Below, piece after piece: positions 9,341 through 18,536 of a DNA stretch of 64,000 nucleotides; position 1 is the stretch's first letter, and the number at the start of each line of letters is the position of its first letter. This stretch comes from a bacterium (GTDB lineage Bacteria > Patescibacteriota > Saccharimonadia > CAILAD01 > GCA-016700035): assembly GCA_016700035.1 (NCBI GenBank), contig CP064998.1, positions 398,790-462,789 on the forward strand, read 5' to 3'. The translations under genes were made by a program, and so were the position numbers. The notes under the pieces were generated by a model. That model was not told where the DNA came from and did no database searches. It worked only from the letters and a program-made list of their open reading frames with translations.

Positions 9341-11125
9341 CTACTTCCCAGCCCGAGGCAGCAGCAAACTAACAGTGGTGCCCTTACCAACCACTGACCG
9401 CATGGTAAGTTCACCACCAACTCGCTCTACAATCAGTCTATCTAAGTACAGTGACAAACCAATCCCTTCATAGTCATAGGCTAGGACATCTGTCCCTCTA
9501 GCAAAGGGTTGCATGAGTTGAGCAAGCTTGTCTTTAGCAATACCTACACCAGTGTCTTGAACAGCAAGATGAATCATATCGCCCTGAGCCACAATAGTTA
9601 GGCCAATCTCAGCTCCGGCCTTAGAGAACTTCACCGCATTACCAATCAGTGAGCTAACTATCTGGGCTAGTGCCTCCCGAGTAAGGTTAACAGCTAGATT
9701 TGGTTCAATCTTAGAGTTAAACTTCATACCCTGACTTTCAACATACTCCGTCATGACCGGCAAGTGTGACTCTAACCAAGGCTTGAGTGGGGTGAGGGCA
9801 GTTTCGGCTGAGACTTGACCAACTGTAGTAATCTGACTGAGCTTAGCGGCTACCTGACCAAGCATGGCATAGCCATTAGCGAAGGTTGGAACTTGACCAG
9901 TAGCTAAGAGCTTCTCAGCTGGCAAGCGCATAGCATCAATCTGGTCATTTAATTCCTTAGTAGTAGTCTCCATGAAGCTAACTCGTTGACTGTCAATATT
10001 ACGTTCAAAGCTGAGAGTAGCTTGAGCTTGTTTGTTTAAGGAACGTAAGCGCCAGCGAGCCCGGTAGGTAAACAGTACCATTAAGCCAGCAAAGATAGTT
10101 AGACAGATGAAGACTCCCACAGTGTAAGGGTTCAAGCCCATGCGGCCAACTACTAGAATAACAATCTCAAAGATTAACATTAGTGCCACTGTACTAACTA
10201 CTGGCAACCAAACTCCAGTTCGTCGCATTAAGTGGGGGAGATCTTGTTTATCTAGTTGGACTAAGCTAGCACTAGCTTCAGTGGAGTCTTGGTTAGCTTG
10301 GAGTAAGTTAGCGGTATCATGACTCATAATCTCTAATGAAGCACCAATTACTTTAATCTCATGGGCCATGTGGGGTAGAGCAGTCTGAGCTAACTCTAAG
10401 CTACCTCGCATAATTTGTAATGGTGTATTGAGGTAGTGCGAGCTTAAGTTAACAAAGTCTGCTCGCAACTGCTTACTAACTCGGTAGCGCCTTAAGAGCT
10501 TATCTAGCTGGTTATACACTTGCTGTTCGCGCCAGGTTTGGTAGAGGTAGAAGATAGCTAGAGCCACTAACAGAATGAGTAAACTAGCTGGGGCATAACT
10601 AGCACTGGGGCCAACTGCTCCAATGTAGCCACGGAGTTTTTCGGTGAAGCTACCACTATTAATGCTGGCTTGCTGGGGGGCTGGAGTGGCACTTGGCTTT
10701 GGTTTATACACTGGTGTACCGGGAACTGGTGTGTTGGTTCGGGTGTCGGTGGTTGGGACTTCGGGATCGACAACAACTGGTGGGTCTGGTGTGGTGGTTG
10801 TGGTTGGAGTTGGAGTTGGAGTGGGGTCTGGTGTGACACTTGGAGATGGGCTTGGAGATGGAGTGGATGGAGTGAGGGTAGTAGCTGAAACAGGACTTGT
10901 GTAGGGGCTTGTACCTACACTATTAATGGCTGCTACTCTAAAGTCATAGCTAGTGCTGGGGTTTAGATTGGTTAGGACATGAGAAGTGGGGCTTGGGCCT
11001 TGAACTGGTGCGTTAATCCAGGTCCCAGAAGAACTAGCCTTGTATTGGACTTGGTAGCTAGTGATAGCACTACCACCATCTGAGCTTGGTGGCTGCCAGT
11101 TGAACTTCATGGAACTGGTGGTCAC
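9341..11125 (-). CDS. Giant surface sensor histidine kinase, copy 1, C-terminal segment (FN3 - Pro/Thr linker - TM - H-box - 2 TM - HATPase_c)
   Basis: FN3-like 'YQVQYKASSSGTWINAP...YDFRVAAIN'. Transmembrane 'LLILLVALAIFYLY'. H-box 'SSHYLNTPLQIM'. Two further TM segments. N-box 'LIGNAVKFS', G1 'DTGVGI', G2 'GIGLSL'. Confidence 0.7.
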   Translation of the reverse strand: MTTSSMKFNWQPPSSDGGSAITSYQVQYKASSSGTWINAPVQGPSPTSHVLTNLNPSTSYDFRVAAINSVGTSPYTSPVSATTLTPSTPSPSPSPSVTPDPTPTPTPTTTTTPDPPVVVDPEVPTTDTRTNTPVPGTPVYKPKPSATPAPQQASINSGSFTEKLRGYIGAVGPSASYAPASLLILLVALAIFYLYQTWREQQVYNQLDKLLRRYRVSKQLRADFVNLSSHYLNTPLQIMRGSLELAQTALPHMAHEIKVIGASLEIMSHDTANLLQANQDSTEASASLVQLDKQDLPHLMRRTGVWLPVVSTVALMLIFEIVILVVGRMGLNPYTVGVFICLTIFAGLMVLFTYRARWRLRSLNKQAQATLSFERNIDSQRVSFMETTTKELNDQIDAMRLPAEKLLATGQVPTFANGYAMLGQVAAKLSQITTVGQVSAETALTPLKPWLESHLPVMTEYVESQGMKFNSKIEPNLAVNLTREALAQIVSSLIGNAVKFSKAGAEIGLTIVAQGDMIHLAVQDTGVGIAKDKLAQLMQPFARGTDVLAYDYEGIGLSLYLDRLIVERVGGELTMRSVVGKGTTVSLLLPRAGK

Positions 11126-11283
11126 TTCAGTAATGGAGGGGGAGAGGGGGGCGGAGGGGGCTGTAGCTGGGCATTCTTCTCCAGCATCGTTGATTGTCCA
11201 GCTAAAGTTGGTGATGATGCTTTGGCGTTGAGCTTCAGCATTACAGTATTTGCTAGTGCCAGCATCAAAAATAACTGAGCTTT

Positions 11284-11943
11284 CTAGGTTTTGAGCAGAC
11301 CAAGCAATGAGAGTAGCATCGTAGTTGGGGTGGAGAGGCCAGATGGATTTGGCGTATAAGATTCATCGACGGGATATCCTAGTACTGACGACATCATAAT
11401 CCAAAAATCATCCTTTTCTTGTTGAGTCCATTGGCTATAAGACTTACCTAGCTGTATTTCATTATAAGTAATAAAAACTTGCACTGTGTCACCAAACATA
11501 CCCTGCAAGCTTGCTACATTACTTACGTTCCAGTTAGCTAGTGATTGGTCAAAGCTCGTTGTGCTAGAAAACATGCCTTGCATTTCTATTGCACTGCTAA
11601 CATCCCAATTATTAAGGGGCTGGTTGAAGTCAGTAGCACCTGCAAACATACCATTCATACTGGTTACGCTGCCAACATTCCAGTCATTTAAAGGTTGGTT
11701 GAAGGTATCGGCTTTAAAAAACATACTGATCATATCTGTCACATTGCCAACATTCCAGTTATTTAAAGGTTGGTTGAATCTAGTATAAGCAAACATACCT
11801 CCCATATCTGTCACATTGCCAACATCCCAGCTATTTAAGGGCTGGTTGAAGGCGCTACTTTGCATAAACATACCGTCCATCCTGGTTACATTGCTGACAT
11901 TCCAATTATTTAGGGGGTTGATTGAAGGCGCTGCTTTGTGCAA
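11284..11943 (-). CDS. Giant sensor kinase copy 1, middle segment (DUF285-type repeats), out of frame relative to its flanks
   Basis: Matches the copy-2 protein in frame. It is separated from the flanking segments by G4-versus-G5 and G5-versus-G4 homopolymer differences at 11327-11330 and 11914-11918. Confidence 0.6.
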   Translation of the reverse strand: MHKAAPSINPLNNWNVSNVTRMDGMFMQSSAFNQPLNSWDVGNVTDMGGMFAYTRFNQPLNNWNVGNVTDMISMFFKADTFNQPLNDWNVGSVTSMNGMFAGATDFNQPLNNWDVSSAIEMQGMFSSTTSFDQSLANWNVSNVASLQGMFGDTVQVFITYNEIQLGKSYSQWTQQEKDDFWIMMSSVLGYPVDESYTPNPSGLSTPTTMLLSLLGLLKT

Positions 11944-14900
11944 ACATAAATCTCATATCTGTCACATTGCCAACATCCCAGCTATTTAAGGGCTGGTTGA
12001 AGGCGCTGCTTTGTGTAAACATATATTGCATGCCTGTTACATTGCTGACATCCCAATTATTTAGTGGTTGATTGAAGCTAGTACCACCTGCAAACATACC
12101 TTCCATATTTGTTGAATTGCTGACATCCCAATTATTTAGTGGTTGATTGAAGCTAGTACCACCTGCAAACATACCTTCCATATTTGTTGAATTGCTGACA
12201 TCCCAATTATTTAGTGGTTGATTGAAGCTAGTACCACCTGCAAACATACCACTCATATCTATAACATTACTGACATCCCAATTATTTAAGGGCTGGTTGA
12301 ATGAACCTGCTTCCGTGAACAAATTTGATACATCGGTAACATTACTAACATCCCAATTTTCAATATTAGAATTAAAACTTGATGCCCCTTCAAACATACT
12401 AACCATGCCTGTTACCTGACTTAAGTCTGGCGTATCAGTGGCAGTAAAAGTTGTTATATTCGTAGCGTTGTAAAACATGCTACTCATATCTTGCCACTCA
12501 ATATCGCCCCATTGTTTGACGTCTATAATCTTTTCTTGATCACCATTACTAGATTGATACATGTGTGGGAAGGTGCCAGTTATGGCAATGTCATATTCAC
12601 CGGCAGAACCATAGGTACAAGTTACGTTACCGGTTTGATTGGAGTGTTCTGGGGTACCATCGTTATTACAATCTACGTTGTAGTTATATGTGTAGTTGCC
12701 ATTAGTAGGAATGGTGTATTGGTTATTGTTACTAATGCCGGGGTTATCGGTTTTGACTCGCATGATGAAAGGATCTTGAGGGCAGCTTTCTCCACTATCG
12801 TTGATTGTCCAGCTAAAGTTGGTGATGATGCTTTGGCGTTGAGCTTCAGCATTACAGTATTTGCTAGTGCCAGCATCAAAAATAACTGAGCTTTCTAGGT
12901 TTTGAGCAGACCAAGCAATGAGAGTAGCGTCATAGTTGGGAGTGGATAGACCAGAGCTATCAGGCATAAAGCCGTTAAAGTCCCCAAACATATTGTTCAT
13001 GTCTGTTACGTTCGATAAATCCCAGGTTTCTAAAGACTGATCAAAAGAAGATGCACCAGCAAACATAATTTGCATATCAGTGACATTGCTCGTATCCCAG
13101 CTGTTTAAACTCTGATTAAACGATGAAGCTCCGGCAAACATACCTTGCATAGTAGTCGCATTACTAACATCCCAATTATTCAGTGGCTGATTGAATGAAG
13201 TTGCAAGAGCAAATATACCTAACATATTAGTTACGTTGTTCACGTTCCAGTTATTAAGTGGTTGATTGAACGAGGTAGCGTTAGTAAACATCTGTTCCAT
13301 ACTTGTTACATTACTGGTGTCCCAATTATCCAATGGTTGGTTAAATGGAGACGGGTTATTCATATACTCATCATAAAACATAAGATCCATGTTTATGACA
13401 GCACTTGTATCCCAACTATTGATGGGCTGGTTGAACGCATGAGCATCTAGGAACATACCTCTCATTATTGTTACATTACTTACGTCCCAGTTATCCAATG
13501 GCTGATCAAACGAGTCCGTAAAAGTAAACATTAGTTCCATGCTCATCACATTACTTACGTCCCAGTTATTAACGTCAGAATCAAATAAAGTAGCACGTTC
13601 GAACATTCTGCTCATATCCACCACTTCACTAAGGTCTGGCGTATCGCTAGCTGTAAATATTGTTATACCTGATGCACCCATAAACATACCGCTCATGCTT
13701 TGCCATTCAATATCACCCCACTGCTTGACGTCAATTATTTTTTCTTGATCACCAACTGCCTGTATCATATGCGGGAAGGTACCAGTTATGGCAATGTCGT
13801 ATTCTCCAGCTGAGCCGTAGGTACAAGTTACGTCACCGGTTTGGTTGGTGAATTCTGGAGTCCCATCGTTATTGCAATCTACATTGTAATTATAAGAATA
13901 ATCAATTGTGTTGGTGGGTATAGTATATTGATTGCTGTTGCTAGTGCCCGGGTTGTCGGTTTTAACTCTCATGATGAAAGGATCTTGAGGGCAGGCACTG
14001 GTTGCGAAGGTCTGGTCTTGGCCATAGCTAGTACCATTATTATTTGCAGCATAAGCACGATAGTGGTATGTTGTGCCACAAGTAAGCCCACTTATATTAG
14101 CAGTTATTGTCCCAACATAACGCTTCAGCCTATAACCTAAGTTGTCTTGGATGTAGAGATTACCGTTAGGACTAAATGCAAGATCATGCGGGAATGTAAA
14201 TTCTGTTAGCCCTGGGCCACCACTACCGAACTGCGATATGTAAAAGCCATTACTGCTAAACTTTTGGACACGGTGATTAAAGAAATCCATAACATAGACA
14301 TTGCCGTCTTTGTCAATTGCTGCATTGCTTGGATGGTTGAGTTGCCCATCACCGGTACCATAACTACCCCACTTGGTAACGAAAACTCCGCTAGAATTAA
14401 ATTTTTGGATTCGGTGATTGTTGGTATCAGCTACATATATATATCCACTAGAATCAACGGTGACACCATGAGGATTTGCAAACTGCCCATTACCGTTACC
14501 ATTACTGCCAAATTTCATTAAAAAGCTACCGTTGGCATCGAATTTCTGAATACGATGATTATCTTGATCGGCTACATATATATTGCCACTGGTGTCAAAC
14601 GTAATACCAGCAGGTGTACTAAACTGCCCGTCTCCTGCGCCATTTGTACCAAATTGCGACAAGTATGTGCCACTAGAATTAAACTTCTGGATTCTGTGAT
14701 TTTGTGAATCAGCTACATAAATATTACCGGAACTATCAATAGATACATCATCTGGGGCATTTAATTGCCCATTACCGCTACCAAATGTGCCAAACTTCAT
14801 TAAAAAGTTACCGTCGGCATCGAATTTTTGGATTCTGTGATTTGCCGAATCAGCTACATACACATTGCCACTAGAGTCTGTAGCAACACCATAAGCAAAA

Positions 14901-16900
14901 CCAAATTGCCCATTACCGCTACCTTGTGAACCATATGTAGTTATTGTTGAGCTACTATCAGTAGCTGTTGAGCCATAGCTGTTGGTTGTGCCATATTGAA
15001 ATCCTCGGGCAGTAATACTATCTGGCGAGGTAACACCGTTTAGGGTAGCGGATACATCTGTAATATTTGTTGCCGAATTAGTGCTAACTTGAGGTGCGCG
15101 AGTAGAAGCACAGTCTTGCCCGCCATCAATAATTGTCCATGAGTGGTTAGTTATAATGCTTTGACGTTCTGCAGCTGAAGTACAGTATTTTCTGCTGAAG
15201 GCATTAAGATGGACTCCATTTTTTAGATTTTGTGATGACCAGCCAATAAGAGTCGCGTCATAGTTGGCGACAGAAAGGGCAGTGTAATTAAGCATGTCAT
15301 ACATACCTGTTGTGCCGGTTACATTACTAACATCCCAAGCCGCAAGTGATTGATTAAATGAGCTGGTATTTTTGAACATGCCATACATAAACGTTATGTT
15401 GCCCGTATTCCAATTGTTTAGCGGTTGATTGAATGAAGATGCCCCACTAAACATTGAATCAGTATTAGTAACATGACTCACATCCCAATTGTTTAGCGGT
15501 TGGTTGAATGATGTAGCATTCTTAAATGCATTACCCATATAAGTAACATTGCCCGTATTCCAATTGTTTAGCGGTTGATTAAATGCTGATGCTCCTGTAA
15601 AAATACCGCCTATACTAGTAACACTGCCCGTATTCCAATTGTTTAGCGGCTGGTTGAATGAAGAGGCCCCACTAAACATAACGCTCATACTAGTAACATT
15701 TCCTACATCCCAATTATCTAGTGGTTGATTAAATGATGTAGCATTATAAAATGATGCCCACATACTAGTAACATTTCCTACATCCCAATTGTTTAGAGGT
15801 TGATCAAAGGCGCTAGCACCATAAAACATACTATTCATATCCGTCACATTGCTCACATCCCAGCTATTTAATGGCTGATTAAAAGATGATGCTCCATTAA
15901 AAACACTATGTATGCTGGTAATATGACTTACATCCCAGTGATTTAAGTTTGAGTTTAGGTTTGTGCTATTTGCAAACATCGTATCCAAGCTTGTTAATAA
16001 TGAGAAATCTGGAGCATCTATTGCAGCAACTGAAAGATTTGCACATCCCATAAATGCATATTCCATTGATGCCCATGCATTAGTGCTCCACTGCTCAACA
16101 GTGAGTATTTTTTGCCTATCGCCACCGTTGTTAAATGCAATTCTCGGAAACGTTCCTGTAATACTTACTGTGTACGTACCGGTACTAGCGTAGGTATGTG
16201 TAGAGTTCCCTGTTAGACCAGTACTAGTATTGCCATCACCCCAGTCAACATTATAGTTGTAGCCACCACCAGTAGTTGGAATCGTAATTTGGTTTGGCCC
16301 ACTAACGCCCGGATTATCCGTCTTCCAAGTAGTCACAAACTCCCCCGGCGCCCAATCTCCATTGTAAGTAACTGAATTGTCGGTTGAAGTACTAACTTGG
16401 TTAGTGCCACTAGCTATGTTCTGAGCTGTAATCACTTCTTGAGCGATGGTTGGGGTGATTGTACCAGCTCCAGTGGCTTGAATACGTACTTCATAAGTTG
16501 TTTTGTTGAAGGTTCCAGCTTCAGTAATAGATTGGATTGCTTGCCCAGGAGCTGTACCAGCTAGAGTGATGTCGGTATTAGTAAAAGTAGACTCATCAAT
16601 AGCTTCATTGAATTGTACGGTAAAGACAGAAGTATAGGAGGGGTTAGCATCAGGGGTACCAGTCTTTTGATCTATTGATACAGTTAAGCTACCCGGTGCT
16701 GCCTTACCGCCATGCTTATCGTTATATAGTCCAGCGTATAAAAAACTAATTAAGGTAATCGCAATAGCCGATAAGAAGATGAAGAGTCTTTGACCTGAAG
16801 TAATATTAAGCCGTTGTTTTAACTTCTTCTTAGAACGACGCCGGTGTTCAGCCTTATCTACAGCATCAGTAACAGACTTCTTATTGCTCATAGGATCCAA
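11906..16900 (-). CDS. Giant sensor kinase copy 1, N-terminal segment (signal-anchor, Ig-like region, DUF285-type repeat blocks, NHL propeller)
   Basis: N-terminus 'MDPMSNKKSVTDAV...RRSKKKLKQ' plus TM 'LFIFLSAIAITLISFLY'. Many 'FNQPLNNWDVSNVTxMxxMF' repeats (Mycoplasma DUF285/PF03382 type). Six 'YVADxxNHRIQKF' NHL repeats. Confidence 0.7.
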   Translation of the reverse strand: MDPMSNKKSVTDAVDKAEHRRRSKKKLKQRLNITSGQRLFIFLSAIAITLISFLYAGLYNDKHGGKAAPGSLTVSIDQKTGTPDANPSYTSVFTVQFNEAIDESTFTNTDITLAGTAPGQAIQSITEAGTFNKTTYEVRIQATGAGTITPTIAQEVITAQNIASGTNQVSTSTDNSVTYNGDWAPGEFVTTWKTDNPGVSGPNQITIPTTGGGYNYNVDWGDGNTSTGLTGNSTHTYASTGTYTVSITGTFPRIAFNNGGDRQKILTVEQWSTNAWASMEYAFMGCANLSVAAIDAPDFSLLTSLDTMFANSTNLNSNLNHWDVSHITSIHSVFNGASSFNQPLNSWDVSNVTDMNSMFYGASAFDQPLNNWDVGNVTSMWASFYNATSFNQPLDNWDVGNVTSMSVMFSGASSFNQPLNNWNTGSVTSIGGIFTGASAFNQPLNNWNTGNVTYMGNAFKNATSFNQPLNNWDVSHVTNTDSMFSGASSFNQPLNNWNTGNITFMYGMFKNTSSFNQSLAAWDVSNVTGTTGMYDMLNYTALSVANYDATLIGWSSQNLKNGVHLNAFSRKYCTSAAERQSIITNHSWTIIDGGQDCASTRAPQVSTNSATNITDVSATLNGVTSPDSITARGFQYGTTNSYGSTATDSSSTITTYGSQGSGNGQFGFAYGVATDSSGNVYVADSANHRIQKFDADGNFLMKFGTFGSGNGQLNAPDDVSIDSSGNIYVADSQNHRIQKFNSSGTYLSQFGTNGAGDGQFSTPAGITFDTSGNIYVADQDNHRIQKFDANGSFLMKFGSNGNGNGQFANPHGVTVDSSGYIYVADTNNHRIQKFNSSGVFVTKWGSYGTGDGQLNHPSNAAIDKDGNVYVMDFFNHRVQKFSSNGFYISQFGSGGPGLTEFTFPHDLAFSPNGNLYIQDNLGYRLKRYVGTITANISGLTCGTTYHYRAYAANNNGTSYGQDQTFATSACPQDPFIMRVKTDNPGTSNSNQYTIPTNTIDYSYNYNVDCNNDGTPEFTNQTGDVTCTYGSAGEYDIAITGTFPHMIQAVGDQEKIIDVKQWGDIEWQSMSGMFMGASGITIFTASDTPDLSEVVDMSRMFERATLFDSDVNNWDVSNVMSMELMFTFTDSFDQPLDNWDVSNVTIMRGMFLDAHAFNQPINSWDTSAVINMDLMFYDEYMNNPSPFNQPLDNWDTSNVTSMEQMFTNATSFNQPLNNWNVNNVTNMLGIFALATSFNQPLNNWDVSNATTMQGMFAGASSFNQSLNSWDTSNVTDMQIMFAGASSFDQSLETWDLSNVTDMNNMFGDFNGFMPDSSGLSTPNYDATLIAWSAQNLESSVIFDAGTSKYCNAEAQRQSIITNFSWTINDSGESCPQDPFIMRVKTDNPGISNNNQYTIPTNGNYTYNYNVDCNNDGTPEHSNQTGNVTCTYGSAGEYDIAITGTFPHMYQSSNGDQEKIIDVKQWGDIEWQDMSSMFYNATNITTFTATDTPDLSQVTGMVSMFEGASSFNSNIENWDVSNVTDVSNLFTEAGSFNQPLNNWDVSNVIDMSGMFAGGTSFNQPLNNWDVSNSTNMEGMFAGGTSFNQPLNNWDVSNSTNMEGMFAGGTSFNQPLNNWDVSNVTGMQYMFTQSSAFNQPLNSWDVGNVTDMRFMFAQSSAFNQPPK
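12061..12250. repeat. Perfect 75-bp (25-codon) tandem repeat, about 2.5 units, inside copy-1 DUF285 block
   Basis: The unit 'ttagtggttgattgaagctagtaccacctgcaaacataccttccatatttgttgaattgctgacatcccaatta' restarts at 12061, 12136 and 12211. It encodes 'FNQPLNNWDVSNSTNMEGMFAGGTS' repeated. Confidence 0.8.
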
Positions 16901-17076
16901 GCTTGGGGCCTCCCACAGATTAATGAGTCGTCACCAGAAGAGACATTTAATCCACACCAGCCATAGCTGGAATGCTCAAGGTCTAACATTGTATTTAGTT
17001 TATATCTCTCCATCACCCTCAATAACAACATTTTGAAAATACCTAAGTGCTTATCCTTAAATTATAGTCGTTAGAT

Positions 17077-17096
17077 GGGGGAAGGGGAAGGGGGGA
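17077..17096. repeat. G-rich microsatellite (GGGGAA)n about 180 bp upstream of copy-1 start codon; two units here, three in copy 2
   Basis: 'gggggaaggggaagggggga' here, against 'gggaaggggaaggggaagggggg' at 27411-27435. Confidence 0.6.
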
Positions 17097-17160
17097 TATT
17101 ACTCATACTTAAATTTGTATGGTGCGACAAAGTTTCAGGATACTAAATATAGCCTATATG

Positions 17161-18501
17161 CTATTTAGAGAATAGTTCTTTCCATAGTTTTTTAAGTAAC
17201 TTCGGTGAGAATATACCACTCTGTCTTTGACGGGGGCCTTCTGGTGGCACCATTAGGCGTAGAGCTTTTGGTAGAATTTCTATTAAAACTGGATTCGTAT
17301 ATTCTTCACGTTCACCATCCACGCCAACTACAAGCTTTTGGCCTGGAGAATTAACTTTAAAATTTTTTGCAGTCCATTGATATACACTACCAATATTATT
17401 GTCTGCAAATGATTTATTAATTATCACGGCATCCACCATCTGTCGAATAAGTTGGTCGGTTAATTTAGTAATAGCAGTAATTTGAAGGATGCCTTTATCT
17501 AGATGATTGCGTCTACCTAGCTCGAATACGTTAGCTGTTTCATATTCATTAACACCAACTAAGATTTGAGTAGTATACCTATGTTTTTTATTGGATGCAT
17601 CCACGAAAGCGAGCGGATAATATTTTTTAGTACCATTAAGTAAATTCTGTAAAACCCCCCGTGTTGTACGGATTTTGTTATCACGATATTCAGGATTGTC
17701 AACTATATCAGCGTATAAGCCAAACGAAACATTATTTAAGAATATCCGACCATTAATCGAACCAACATCGACCCTGCGTTCAACTCCACGAAAGCTAACA
17801 AGGGCATCACTAATTTCTTCAGGCTTAAAGCCGGCATCTCGCGCAAAATGACAGCGAGTACCGCCGGGCAACACCACTAGCGGCAAATCATGTTCGATGG
17901 CTACTTTTGCAACTGCCCCGAGGGTGCCGTCTCCTCCAGAGACACCAAGTACGTCAGCTCCACTTACTACTGCGTCTTGGGCTAACCGCTCAATGTTGTC
18001 AGATTTTTTGGTAACTACCACTTTAATACCCAATTTTTTGGCTTGTTGTGGAATATCAGCCTTGATTGCCCGTCCATCGCCAGATTTTGGATTAATAATA
18101 AGGACAGCGTTACTAAACTTAGCGGATTGAGTGGCTAGTATGGCTTGCTCACGTTTTTGGCGCCAGTATTCGCGTCGCAAAATTCCAACAAGTATGGCAT
18201 ATATTATGGCGAGACCGATAATGCGCAGTAAAAGAAAATTATTATTATCTAAATGAAAGTAGTAGATACTATAGATAAGAACACCACTGCTAAATAGTAA
18301 AACTGCCCATCCAGTCAAAAGTCGGGCTTTAGTGCCGGTAAAAATAAGCCATGCCGCATAGCAACTCAATGCAAATGCAATTAGGGTGATGGCAAATATA
18401 CCAGGACTAGAGAATGCCAAATCGATGACTGTTAGTACGATTAGGCCGAATACCCCTAGTGCGGTAGCGATGAGTAGTCTCCATCCAACTGAAATTTTCA
18501 T
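17161..18501 (-). CDS. Membrane-anchored lipid kinase, DAGK catalytic-domain family (YegS/BmrU-like)
   Basis: N-terminal hydrophobic segments. Catalytic 'VLGVSGGDGTLGAVA' GGDGT motif. 'INPKSGDG' nucleotide loop. Confidence 0.7.
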   Translation of the reverse strand: MKISVGWRLLIATALGVFGLIVLTVIDLAFSSPGIFAITLIAFALSCYAAWLIFTGTKARLLTGWAVLLFSSGVLIYSIYYFHLDNNNFLLLRIIGLAIIYAILVGILRREYWRQKREQAILATQSAKFSNAVLIINPKSGDGRAIKADIPQQAKKLGIKVVVTKKSDNIERLAQDAVVSGADVLGVSGGDGTLGAVAKVAIEHDLPLVVLPGGTRCHFARDAGFKPEEISDALVSFRGVERRVDVGSINGRIFLNNVSFGLYADIVDNPEYRDNKIRTTRGVLQNLLNGTKKYYPLAFVDASNKKHRYTTQILVGVNEYETANVFELGRRNHLDKGILQITAITKLTDQLIRQMVDAVIINKSFADNNIGSVYQWTAKNFKVNSPGQKLVVGVDGEREEYTNPVLIEILPKALRLMVPPEGPRQRQSGIFSPKLLKKLWKELFSK

Positions 18502-18536
18502 ACTTATATTATATTACGACCATCAAGCAATAGTGT

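Larger units (their letters stand above)
9257..17097. repeat. Large direct repeat, copy A (about 7.8 kb), covering giant sensor-kinase gene copy 1 plus its flanks
   Basis: Near-identical to 19446-27435 at both ends (downstream ~90 bp, upstream ~230 bp, first ~60 and last ~590 codons). The internal repeat blocks are diverged. Confidence 0.85.

Noticed and set aside
10567-10904. ORFs 10567-10839 (minus) and 10644-10904 / 10670-10888 (plus) inside copy 1 at the Pro/Thr-linker region. Also 20835-21071, 21654-21941, 22089-22661, 22721-23137, 23621-23932, 24057-24595, 24773-25273 and other plus-strand ORFs inside copy 2.
   Set aside because: They lie antisense or out of frame within the giant repeat genes. 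They consist of low-complexity or repeat-derived sequence (G/V/W-rich, LLTSQLFKGWL-type) and have no starts with an RBS. They are artefacts of repetitive coding DNA.
11900-12450. Regularly spaced direct repeats that could be mistaken for a CRISPR array. The same applies to 22000-22700.
   Set aside because: The units are 75 bp or 300 bp and contiguous, with no spacers. They are in frame within a long ORF and encode DUF285-type protein repeats. No cas genes. No repeat-spacer architecture.
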